Source: Macrostomum lignano (lineage: Eukaryota). Taken from it: a stretch of DNA of 64,000 nt. Made by a program: the position numbers and the translations under genes. Below the pieces are notes generated by a model. It ran no database searches. It was given only the letters and a program-made list of their open reading frames with translations, and was not told the origin of the DNA. Below are positions 38,166 through 49,708 of this stretch, piece by piece. Each line of letters starts with the position of its first letter. Position 1 is the first letter of the stretch. The stretch is taken from assembly GCA_002269645.1 (NCBI GenBank), contig NIVC01002003.1, positions 124,001 to 188,000 of the forward strand, in the 5' to 3' direction.

Positions 38166-41100
38166 GGCTCGATAGACGTAGACATTGAGAATTAGGCATT
38201 AAGCGCTAAGAGGCTGACAAATATTTGGTATTAGTGCTTGTCGCTGGAAACCCTTGATCTCCGGGAACGCCATAAATTCGGACTTAATTTAGGATTTTAG
38301 TAGTGTCTTACCGCTCGGGCACTAATCGCTATCACGAGATTTCCAAGAAATCGAGTAAATTAGGGCAATCTTAAAACAGAAAGCTCTAGGGCCAGCACAA
38401 CTTAGTGACGGACAGTGACGTCTCATAGGTAGAGTGAAGAGCTAGCACAACTTGGTGGCGCAGTAGGATTTTATGTAAGAATACAGAAGTGAACCCTCGA
38501 ACACTGGCTAAGCTATATGTAGCACTAATGCTATAGTTTTATGTCAAGTTTACAAAACTATAGTCTCCTAGTTATCTGATTACCCTTAGCATTCTAAGTA
38601 CCACCACTTGTAAAAAGACGCAAGAATATAACATACGCAACACGCGGTTAGCTAACAAATTTATGCGATTTAGTATCATAGAACGCCGCTATAGTACTTT
38701 AATATATTATGATGAGGACGCACTATTTTCCAAATCCCGCGCTAGCACATGGGCTCTAAACTTACTAGCCTACTAATAGTGGGCAATGGGCATTTTTATC
38801 TTTTTCTGCGAATTGTCATAGAATCTATACTAGATATAATGTTTGGTCATACTAGTAGTCATAATAACATAGGCAAATCTTTTTGGGTCATAAATCATCG
38901 AAGCTGGTCTGACAGCCACCTGCGCCTCACTCAGTGTTGAGGCGGGCGCCAGATGGTCTGAGGGGATGCGAATGATAGCTTTTTTCTCATCATTTTTGAC
39001 AGGCCATCAGATTTATGAGGTCAGAGCCTATTGTTCGGGTTCACTCAAGCGTGTGACAGCTTTGACAGCTATGCGTTTTACCCCTAAAAGTACTTTGGGA
39101 TTAGCGACTAGCGGTTTCTCTTCATTATCTTCACTTTCTACTTATTAAGAGCTTTCTAAGGTATATTTTTTCATTCATTTTTGTCAATTCTACGCGAAAA
39201 GTCATAAATCATTTTGTTGCGATTTTGATTGATTTATGGCCGCACCTGTCATATTTTTACGACCCTGTGGGAACTGATAGGATCTCCCGTTCACGTGATT
39301 TTGGGTGGCAACAAGCTCATCCAATCAGAAAATTCGACGCTCATTTTAACAAAACAGCTCAACCAATTAGAATCAACGTGTTCCATTATAACAAACTGTG
39401 GTCCAGTTGGCGGCTGTTTAAACCGGCGTTTTCGGCCCGCTCGGACCAACTCCTCCTGGGACCTTAGCCTAGATTGAGACATCCCGGAGCGCGACCGTCG
39501 TTTCTTGATCCCCGGATTGCGACCTCCCCCATCATCATCAAGGACGAGTCCCCCGGTCATCAGCAGCGAACATCAAAGTTAAGAGCATCACCTGCTAGCT
39601 ATCTGCGAAGGTTGTGACATCAGCACCATCCCGGGTCTACAGCTGCGAAGCACTAAGCCGATTCGGTCACTGTGGATTTCCTGTTCTCCGGCTGTTGAGT
39701 TTCTGATTGGTTGGGTGAGAGGCTGCCTAGACTTGCTTGATTGGGTGATCCCTTATCTGTCCCCTGTTTCAGTAGCTGGATTAGGCGCACACTTTTGCTC
39801 ATTTTGTTCAGTAGTGCTGTTACTGAGGCAGAAATCATTCAATAATACTGCTAGTAGTCCAAAGCTCCAATTTAATCTGAGGTGTGAAGTGATTCAAGAA
39901 GAAGGTTAAATCTGACAGTTATTTTTATCGGTTTTATTTCTTTGTTCGCCGATGGCTCAGATGAGTAGCTAAGCTAGTAGGCGCCGGTCACAGTGGACCA
40001 ATGGCAAGGCAGTTCTCAGTCGATCAATCTATCAAATCAGTTAGCGAAGCTGCCAGGAGTGCAGAATCGGCGCCAGAGATGTACTTTGTGCACTCTAGGT
40101 TCGCCAAGCGGCTCGGGTAATGAATCATGCGGTCTCTGATGTTCGAGTTAGTCTACCATCAGCGCTATGAGAGGCTAGTTGGCGCGTTAAAGGCCAAAAG
40201 TACAATTCCTCGTATTTGGCAATGTAATAGTACATGTAGCTACCCCATAGACTCGCCACTGCAAGAATCCCCTGCACAAGTCCCCTCTGTACCTGCATGG
40301 CCAATGCGATCACATGGACAACTAGTCTACTCTAGTTGTCCATGTGCGATCAAGTCCCAGCAGTGTCCCTTATCATCGGCTATGACTTCGAGATAGACAG
40401 CGAAAAGACACTAGTTGGCAGGTAAGTGCTAAGCCCCCTCTAGTCGGAAGCCCGATTTCGAAAGTTCCGGTTTGGTGAGCCAGGACGCACGGGCTGGTGG
40501 CAGCAAGTTAGTTGATCTGCGGATTAGCTGATCTCTACCTTCAAAATTCTCCCTGCTTGTCTCTCGCTGTCCCTCTCTTAGCTATAGGACCTAGGCTGCT
40601 CGCCACACGATCAAGCTACCATGGGGCTGACCATCTGACAGGAGTGGGGGGCCAGGACTCTAATTGATTTATTTCTGAGACCTGAGGCCCGAAGGCTTCC
40701 CCACACGGGGCCGAAAGGTCGAAACCCATCACTAGAAGATATTTCACCTTTCTAGACTTCTGAATTGCAAATCGAGAAAATACCAGCATTTTTTGTCAGT
40801 TTAAGCCTTTTCTCCACCAAAGTCCGTGTTAGACGTCCATGACAAATGTTGTGTAGCCAAGACTTGATGTTTCGTTGTAGTTGTAGGTGCGCACAGTTGC
40901 TTTGTTTATATTTTAGTCCCCTTAGAATAACTACACGATCGCTAAATTAAAGAATCAGAGATGTCACGTGATCAACAATACATTATACAGATAATTTATC
41001 AATTACTCTACTGAAAGTGGCAGTATAAGTAAAATACAAGAATAATATTAATATAGTTAGCATTTACGTTATACCATACTTTTAGTAAAAATATCAGCGT

Positions 41101-42434
41101 AACAATATTATCATTAAATTGACCCGTCAAATTTTACGACACAACAATCAAACAACAAACGGAATGTTTTTTTACACGATGGCGAATTTTAATACCATGT
41201 ACTTTACCCAGTCATTATATTTTGATGCAAATATAATGTTTAAGATACTATTTTTTGCTTTTGTTTTCATTTCATGCAATTAATTAGAATGAGAAAAGTC
41301 TTTAACTGCGCGTTAGAAGTGTAGAATGTAAAATTACCAGATTAAAGTGCCTTAAATTAGGCGCCACAATGTGTAAAACATTATAAATTTAAAAAAAACA
41401 AGCTGATTTAAAAACAAAGTAACCCCTGTACTTTAAAAAAATCTTATGTTTTATTTTACTAATTACAAGTTTAAAAATTATTCGATAATAAGCAAAGTTG
41501 GTGCCGGTACTTCGTTTATCTTCATAATTCGCTATTTTATATTAAAGCTTTGTTACAATATGCTTCTATTTTTAAGTTTCCACAGTCTTAATTATCAGTT
41601 GCTTGATTCTAAACGTGACACATTGATTCAATAAGGTTTCTTGTCTTCAGTCACGAACAAATTATGTATGCAAAAATCGGTCTAAAAGTTTTGAGGATGA
41701 CTGCATCTGTATTTTCAAGCCGCCGTAACAAAGTTAATTTATTTAAAGTTGTAATAGTTTTGTTTGAACGAGCACCTTTTTGTTTTATTCACCTGTTGTT
41801 TTAATGATCTACCCCATACCCAACCTTCGCATGATTATAAATAGACGGTGTTCCTCCCCCCGACTCTCTCAGGAGTCTGGTTTAAAATATAAGCCAAGTC
41901 TTGCAACCGACTCAGTCATTTTAGAATAATAGAAAACCCGCGCTGGCAGCAAAGAAAATCGAAGGATCAGAATAATTCGCTCAAGGTAGCAAATTAAAGG
42001 TGGAAAACCTTTGGTCATTGTAACTTGGAGTGTGAGATGTCCATCCCAGCCTGGAAAAATAGAACTGTTGGCTAGAGAATCAGAGAATATAAAATGGAAT
42101 GTGGTCGGGATAACTGTCAACTTGGTAACTCGTCAACTGTCAAGCTGAGACTTTCATTCCAAACAGTAGAACATACTTTGACCCGGAGAAGCTGAAGGAC
42201 AAGAACATTAAAAACAAATTCCAGAGCCAACTTGCATCGAGATTTGCGGCTCTGCTACTACTCGCAGAAGACCAGCAGCAGCCACAAAGTTAGTGAGATG
42301 AATTCAAAAATGGCAAAACGAAAGCAGCAGATAAAGTTCTGAGAAACCGCTAAAAAAATCAGAAAGCCATGAATTACCAAAGAGGTCCTCGATAGCTGTG
42401 ACAGGCGACGGGAGCTACGAAGCAAAAGACATGA

Positions 42435-42704
42435 GGGGGGATAGAGGGGACATGTCCCCCCCTCCCAGTAAAAGCTATGGGGGGTTGGACATGCCAACGC
42501 TTGTCCCCCCACCTTACCTTGTGAGTCGTTGTGGTAGTCAATATTTTTTCTTCAGGGCGCCAAGGCGTCAAAAAATTGCCCTAGGCGCCAAAATGAGCGC
42601 TGAAAACACGATTCTCAAAATAATGCAATTTTTTAAATTTAATCATGTACACGTTGGATTCTTGGTTTTGCCCCCCCACCATAAAATCCATGGCGACGCC
42701 CCTG
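42435..42704 (-). mobile_element. MITE-like element (CAGGGGCGTCGCCATGGATTTTATGGTGGGG end); relatives at 33212 and ~54300-54510
   Basis: Shared terminal ~30 bp and GTAAAAGCTATG motif among the copies. Sits at a deletion junction in the LINE. Confidence 0.65.
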
Positions 42705-42818
42705 GATGCGTCCCATCACCTACTCTCTCTGCAATCTTTTCCTGGAACGGATAATGACAAAACCCATGGAGGAACTGGATGAGGTCGGAATCAGCTGCGG
42801 AGGAATGAATATCAACAA

Positions 42819-43753
42819 TGTAGTGAGCCGCTAGTTGTGTTTGGCGTCCCCCTTTGTCAGCAGTCTCCCTCGCCCTCGCCCTGGGTTGCTGTCTGCCGCT
42901 GGTTAGCTTCCCGCCCCCCTGGCCTGTCTGTTGCTGCCTTTGGCCTGTTCTGCCCTTCTGCGTCTCTGTTCTCAGCCCTCAGCTTCTCTGCTGTAGGCTG
43001 TCTCTGTTCCGTTCCCGTCCCGTTTTCCTCTGTCTTGTGAGCAAGTCACATGACAGATCTTGCGTTCTTGGAGTCTTAAAGTGCAGTAAAAATGTTTACT
43101 ACACTCGCTGGTCCTGCTTACCGGGAGAATCACGTGCTTTCGGATCCCTCCCTTCTCTAAGGAGAGGAGTGACTCATGTTGCTAAAAATAGCAACTGAGT
43201 CACAGCCGCGTGTACTCTGGCCGGAGACCTCAAGTGACGTCAGTTCTAAAAATAGAACGAGTCACGAAGTCTTGTGCGCGGGAGAATCCCGGCTATAAAT
43301 AGGACCCCTCTCCCCCTTGTTTCCGTCAAGGAGCTTCCAGTTTTCTGACTGAGTTTCTTGTTTCTCGAGCTTCCGAGCCCGAGTGTCTGTACTGACCGCA
43401 CGTCTGCGTACTTTGAGTTCTCTGCTATTGGTCTGTCTGAGACCCTACTAAAGCAAACCTTAAGCCTACGAGAGGCTAACTCAGCCCTCCCTGTACCAAC
43501 CAAGCCCGGCAGGTGCTGCTGACGAGACGCCTTGTTACGTTGAACTGCAAATCTGCACCCGGTGCTGAGTTCGTTGACTTCGTTATTTCGTTCCGACGGG
43601 AAGCTCACCTCATCGAAGGCCGAGACCTGAAGGAACTGGTGGCAGCACCACCTACGCTACTAAGAGTTGAGAAGGCTTCCGAGTGAGAAGACGGAGAGCC
43701 CAAGTCACTGCGCTGGACAGCAGGAGAAACCCGAGACAACCATAAGTACTTCA
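42819..43753. mobile_element. Solo LTR, 935 bp, TG...CA, 4-bp TSD ACAA
   Basis: ACAA at 42815-18 and 43754-57. Removing the element and one TSD restores ATCAACAACTTGCGG (INNLR). CTATAAATAG TATA-like motif at ~43293. Confidence 0.88.
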
Positions 43754-46550
43754 ACAACTTGCGGTTTTCAGACGGCAGCCGGCTCAATGTCAAGGTTTGA
43801 TGAACTTTGGCGGCTCCGTGGAGTCGGTTTTGAAGAATCAGCTCAAGTTCACAAAGGCGGTCACCTAAGCAACGCTGCTCTATGGGTGCAAGAGCTGGAC
43901 CCTGGGGAAGAAAATTATGCTGACACTCAAAGCGTTTGGAGTAAAATGTTACAGAAGAATGCTAAGGATTTCATGGAAAGAGAAAAAGACAAATGCCTGA
44001 GTCTGGCGAAAAGTTAAAGAGGTGGAACCTGATTCTGTGGAGGGGATCATCAAGTGGAGGAAGCTCAAATATTACGGAAATCAGACGAGGAAGGGAGCCA
44101 TGGCAAATGCTTGTGTTCAAGGAGAAGTGGAAGGTGAAGGAAGAAGAGGAAGACCGAAAAAGCAGTGGGAGGATGACCTGAAAGAATGGACCGGATGGAC
44201 AATGGCAGTGTTGGAGAAGCTTGGGCATGAATAGGTGATAGGACTTGGTGAACCAGTAGAATATATATACGAGTAATAAGAAAATATTTCAGATGGCCAA
44301 AATGTACAGTGTCTTACCACTCGGGCACTGCTCAGTCTCTACCAGCATATCTGTATACACATTGGAGAGGCTCTAATGGAATAAAAACACAGCTTAAAAG
44401 CTATTTGGAGGCTTTAAATTGCTATTCACTGGGCAGAGTTATACTATTAAAAGATTTCTCTCAAATTATTTGTTTTAGTATATTAGTTGGGAAGGAAGGA
44501 ATGCCTATAGCTATTAAGAGGGAATGTTAGGGGTTCCCAAATTCATACGGGTTGAATTCATGCAGCAAGAACTGGCTCTATGCTTAGCCATCGACTTTAA
44601 TGAGCAATCCTGCTGCAGCTTCACTGGATGAAGCTGGCAGTTGACAGGTGGGTAATGAGATTAGTGAGCTGACAACAAGTTGCGACTTATTCTCATTCAT
44701 ACTGAGCAGTTTGCAGCGAGAGGTAGAAACGCCTCAGCTTTAAAAATAAGTCCTCACTTGTTGATTTCAGATCTACCCCGGTGACTACTAGTAAAGAGTT
44801 CGTGAAGCTGTTCCGTTTAATCTCCTTAGTATCCATAGACTACATGGACCGTTTCTGGCCGTTCCTTTCGAGATCGCCGTGGTTTCGCTGAAGAAATGCT
44901 ATAATAAAGACTAAAGTTCGCAGATAGGGTTCTGCAGCTAGAAGATATATGCACAACTAAATAAGCAGAATGCTACACTTGAAAAATTGAGTAGCTAGAT
45001 AGATATAGGAATGTACTAACTTTTAGCACCATAATAACAATATACGAGCTATCTACTGTAATTTCCTGGACTTTCGATTTCCACGATTGACCACGATATA
45101 TACATGTATAATGCGCGAAAATGATGTTTACCACCCTCCGTCTCGAAATGTCGGGTTACCCGATCTACTTCTTCGAGGTAGAAATCATGAGAGCTTGAGG
45201 GGGGGGGTGACATAAACATCATTAAAAGATAAAATTTTGGGATATTGGGAGCATAACATAACATTACTATCGCTCCTATTCTTTATATAAACATAAAAAG
45301 AGCGTTTATCATTGTCACCTCGTCATTTAAGCATAATTAAAGCTTCATGCTCAATTCTGGAGCTTTAAATTAAGTTCACATGAAATCCCGATTTATTCCA
45401 TTTCTCCCCATAAAGATCCCTTGCAAATGCTAAAGTGGTCGGGTTGTAGCGTAAAGCATCAATTTTAGAAAGTACGTATCGCGCAATATTTATTTTTAGA
45501 AATTAGAATCTTCGAGAAATTACTTTTTTTGTAGTGCAAGTTAAAGTTCATTCCAGAAATTTCCTTTAGTTTAATCAAATGTTAGTTTTACTTCTAAATA
45601 TTAAGTATAAAATTTATTGTTGTCATATTTATTAATGCATTTGTACAGCAGTGCTACGTAATAGCATTTAGAATATTTATTTTTGTTTTAACTAACGAAA
45701 CTTCTAGAAATTTCCGGTTATACTCAGTTCAGTACTATAAATAAACGTAACCTAAGTATTTCAACTCTTTAAGTGATTCTTTTCATTCAGCAAACACAGA
45801 ACCACCGCCTTTGCTCTTTATCTGCATTTCGACATTTTCGACATTACGGGAGCTTTTTGGCTCCAAATGAAAAGATTGGCGAAGAGAGAGATCAGGACCG
45901 AATATTTCTATTTTGACTTTTAAGTTCACATCCCCTTTCAGTTGCAGGTGCACCGACCGCGGACTGGCGGGCCGCCACAATACTGTAAAAGCGATTTTTT
46001 TTAGTTTTGCGTCTACTGTATCTATGCTGAGGACAGCAGCCTACAAAGCATCAAGTTACGACGAGACGGATATAGATAGGATTGGGAAGAGGCGGGACTA
46101 TACTGCTGCAAAGCCGGAAAGCACAGTCGTCTCAAATTGCTCACACTGTCATCGTCTGATCGGCAACACCTCGACAGGCCCCTTTGATAAACTGTTTCAC
46201 CACCTCTTCTCTCTGTTCTGCGTCCATATTGGGAAATGCGCCAGTAGGCGATTTGCTCAATAAGTACAACGGCAAAGGCGTCGGTCCGTTCCTTTTCGAT
46301 ACTGCATCCGAGAAAAGAAAGATGTACTAAAATGGAAAACTGTGCGTGTCTATGTTTGTGAACTGCACAAAGTCTGATGATTGGTTAATGGGTCAATTTT
46401 CACTGGGCTTATGCCATTAGCTACACAGTTTTAACGCTGTTGATACTAAGCGCATGAAAAGGTGAAAAAACTGGTATTTTCCCAATCTACGAGTATGCCC
46501 TTTGTAAAAATTCACTTGTTAGTCAGACTTTTACATTTCCAAGCACCTCC

Positions 46551-46800
46551 ATGACTAAACGTGAGCGCAAGAGAGCAGAAGTTAAAGTAGCGAGGCTAAT
46601 TAAGCAACGCCGTCAACGAGCCGTAGATGGTTCTCTGAAAATGAAGACGAACAAAATTTCAGACTGACGTCAATGCTCGCGCTATTCAGAGACGCTTTAA
46701 CGAGACGCTTTCCATAAGGCAGCATCGCATGGACGCCTGCAGAAAGCCGTGCTGCTGAGACCCCTGCTGCTAGGCACAAACGCCTGGACGCCAATGGAGA
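46551..46800 (+). mobile_element. Possible Helitron Rep N-terminal remnant
   Basis: MTKRERKRAEVK, then frameshifted RRWFSENEDEQNFRL and RAAETPAARHKRL, resembling R..ET.E.R..RL repeats at Helitron RepHel N-termini. Short and decayed. Confidence 0.3.
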
Positions 46801-47359
46801 GGGTGTAATGCAGAAAGTCGTACTAAAACTATAGAATCAGGAGCAGATAGACGAGTAAAAAGGGTGTTTGAATCGATAGGGTGTGTCATCGTTGCGCAAT
46901 TCGAATGCACTTTGTATAATGAGAGTACGAAGTTTGCCTGCCGAAGTTTGCTTGCGGCAATTTTGCTTCTTGAATTTGCTCGCCGGTTTCTCAAAATGTT
47001 TCTCAAAATGAGCGTACGAGTAATTGAAATGCTGCTGTAAACTAAAAATTGGGTGTCCTAAATTCAGTTCTGTATGTATGTCTTAACACCTGTTTGGCAC
47101 TTTTGACATCCACAATCATATTTTTATTGTTAAATACTTCTAACTTCTACATAATACGCCGTTAGCACCAAATTATGAAGTCAATGAGTTGGAAATATTG
47201 CAAACAAAAAAATATAATTCAAGAAATTTGACGAATTTATTTTGTAACATATGAAGGGGCCTTTAGGGATGGATGACAAACTGAAACGAATTAGAGAACT
47301 TTTAGCACGAATGATGGTGAATAAAAGGCATGGATGAATATTATAACTGATTTGCTACA

Positions 47360-47645
47360 ACCTCCAAGCTCCAATATCTCCCAGCTCCAATATCTCCCAG
47401 CTCCAATATCTCCCAGCTCCAATATCTCCCAGCTCCAATATCTCCCAGCTCCAATATCTCCCAGCTCCAATATCTCCCAGCTCCAATATCTCTCAGCTCC
47501 AATATCTCCCAGCTCCAATATCTCCCAGCTCCAATATCTCCCAGCTCCAATATCTCCCAGCTCCAATATCTCCAAGCTCCAATATCTCCCAGCTCCAATA
47601 TCTCCCAGCTCCAATATCTCCCAGCTCCAATATCTCCAAGCTCCA
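47360..47645. repeat. 16-bp minisatellite (AGCTCCAATATCTCCC)n
   Basis: About 18 units. Confidence 0.95.
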
Positions 47646-47924
47646 AGTTTTTAGCTGCACATTCTAAAACCTGATTCGGAAAGTAGGTTGTAGTGCTTAA
47701 ACATTTTAAAACACTTTACATTTATCTCAAACTTTAAACTTTCAAACTTTAATTAAATTGACTACAAATTAAATTACCTTAATAGATCACTATAAATTTT
47801 AGCTGTGAAAAGTTTTAGAAGATTTGATTGAAGGTTTTCGTCTTCTGAGAAGACGCTTCCTGGATACGTCATACAGTTTGTTTTTAATAGATTGTTTCTC
47901 AAAACATTTCTATGTTGTCAAGCA

Positions 47925-49708
47925 TCAGTCGCAGCTGGCTGACACGAACCTCACAGACACGAAGCCGTGATCGCCAGTCCAGCTGCTGCCGGAAACGCAG
48001 CCGCCCGAGCAGAATGAGCCACCGCCGCCGCCGCTGTGGTAGTGACCGCCACCCGCGCCACCCCCGCTGAAGCCGCCGCCTCCGCCGGCAGCCCCGCCTT
48101 TCGAGCCGCGCATGCAGCCGCAGCCGCCACCGCCACCGAAACCGCCGTGGCAGGCGCTGCCACCACCGGCGCGGCCGCCGACCCAGCCTTGGGCCCGACT
48201 GCCGCCTCGCTGCCCGTCCCAGGAGCTCCGCCTCCGCTTGGCGGCCCTGCCAAGCCAGCCGGCGCCGCAGCCGCCGTGGTTGGAGTTTCGTGCCGTGCGC
48301 CCTGGATTGTTGGAGCCGGGCTGGCCGTTGATGCCGCCGGAGCCTTTTCTCTTCTTATTTCCTTTGCTGTCCGAGCCGGCAGTTCCGGTCCGTCCTGGTC
48401 TTCCTGCGATGAAATTGTTATGGCTCAATGCTTAGTCGTTGGGGTGATATTTGGGGAGTTGCTGAGATGCTTTGAGTCAATTTGGGAGTTGCTGAGATGC
48501 TTTGAGTCAATTTGGGAGTTGCTGAGATGCTTTGAGTCAATTTGGGAGTTGCTGAGATGCTTTGAGTCAATTTGGGAGTTGCTGAGATGCTTTGAGTCAA
48601 TTTGGGAGTTGCTGAGATGCTTTGAGTCAATTTGGGAGTTGCTGAGATGCTTTGAGTCAATTTAAGAGTTGTTGAGATGCTTTGAGTCAATTTGGGAGTT
48701 GCTGAGATGCTTTGAGTCAATTTGGGAGTTGCTGAGATACTTTGGCTTAGTGGGACGTTGCTGAGATGCCTTGAGTCAACAAACTTCGTTCTAAAATCAA
48801 CGACTCAAGTCCTCCTTGCTCACCATTCCTTGGAATCGCAGCGCCACCGCCACCGCCAGCAGCCAGCAGCGGCAGCCGGTCGCCCGTCCGGTACACGAAG
48901 CTGCCGCCGCCTCCACCGCCTCCTTCTTCACTCCGAGAGGTCGAGCCGCCCGCCTGGCCGACAACGATGCTCAGCCGGGTGCCGGCTTTCAGGCTGACTC
49001 TGGCGCTCACCTGGGCTCCCTGGCCTCCGTGAGTGCCCGTCTTGGTGTTGCTACCACCTCTGGCACCGGCAGCTTTGATCAGGTAGCAGCCGCTTGTTGC
49101 AATCAGGAGGCTTTGGATTGAGCCAGCTCTTCCCGTGCGGCTGTCTACAATTGGGACAACATTGGTGGTTGATCAACTGCATTGAAAAACACCGCCAGTT
49201 TTGGTGTCCGTGTCATGCCATGCGACGAACTTACTCTTAAATTTCACTTCAGTAATGGTCCGATCACTTCCAGTTGCCTTCCAAATCTTTGCACCGGTCT
49301 GAGTACCCAGGACAGTCAGTGAGAAGCTTTCAGTATTCGATGGAACCGCAGACCTGATGGTGGAAATCTCGCATCTGGCCTGACTCTTCATTGAGACTGC
49401 GATTGCGCAGTCAAATTTCTGGCACTTTGCCAGGCAGTCAGCGTCCGACCTCGCGGTGGTGACCATGGTAGCATTGTTGTAGACTCGTTCAGCTGCCTTT
49501 GAAAGCAACATCTGCGGCTCGGGGCACTTCAGGTACTTGTGGACAGAGCTGCGCTGAGCATTGCATAGGGAACTGCAGACAACTGTAATTGGAGAGCTGA
49601 GAAAACAGTAGTTCTTAAATTGTACTTGCTAATCCCACATTGCATAAACTATATTCATCCTGCAGATCGAGGATTAAACAATACATTACGGAGATGGAAG
49701 GCTTTCAT
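47925..49708 (-). CDS. PAN/apple-like + ALK/LTK-type glycine-rich domain protein, probably secreted (~388 aa); exons 49708-49690 (tentative), 49582-49235, 49144-48824, 48403-47925
   Basis: ARSDADCLAKC...C...C PAN-like module. SRTGRAGSIQSLLIATSGCYLIKAAGARGG..GAQVSARVSLKAGTRLSIVVGQAG..GGGGGSFV..PLLAAGGGGG is the ALK/LTK Gly-rich pattern. Phase-1 GT-AG introns join in frame; no TM or kinase domain. First exon (MKAFHL) is uncertain. Confidence 0.8.
48445..48780. repeat. 30-bp minisatellite (TTTGGGAGTTGCTGAGATGCTTTGAGTCAA)n inside intron 48404-48823
   Basis: About 10 units; core related to the array at 1-300. Confidence 0.95.

Larger units (their letters stand above)
41940..44290 (+). mobile_element. 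Decayed RTE-clade LINE, copy B, interrupted by a MITE and a solo LTR
   Basis: Inverted paralog of 27150-29400. The RT motif GGMNINN|LRFSD is split by the LTR; GEVEGEGRRGRPKKQWEDDLKEWTG at the C-terminus. Confidence 0.85.

Noticed and set aside
45913-46330. Helicase-like snippet on - strand (MDAEQREEVVKQFIKG) and 116-aa + ORF
   Set aside because: Too short, interrupted by stops, with no further helicase motifs.
47291-48720. Repeat ORFs at 47291-47654 and 48418-48720, and antisense Ala/Pro-rich ORFs at 48036-48665
   Set aside because: 16-bp and 30-bp arrays, and antisense shadows of the Gly-rich exon.
47925-49144. Bacterial PE-PGRS or horizontal transfer interpretation of the Gly-rich ORF
   Set aside because: It has spliceosomal introns, an ALK/LTK-type motif order and a PAN exon shared with neighbouring host genes.
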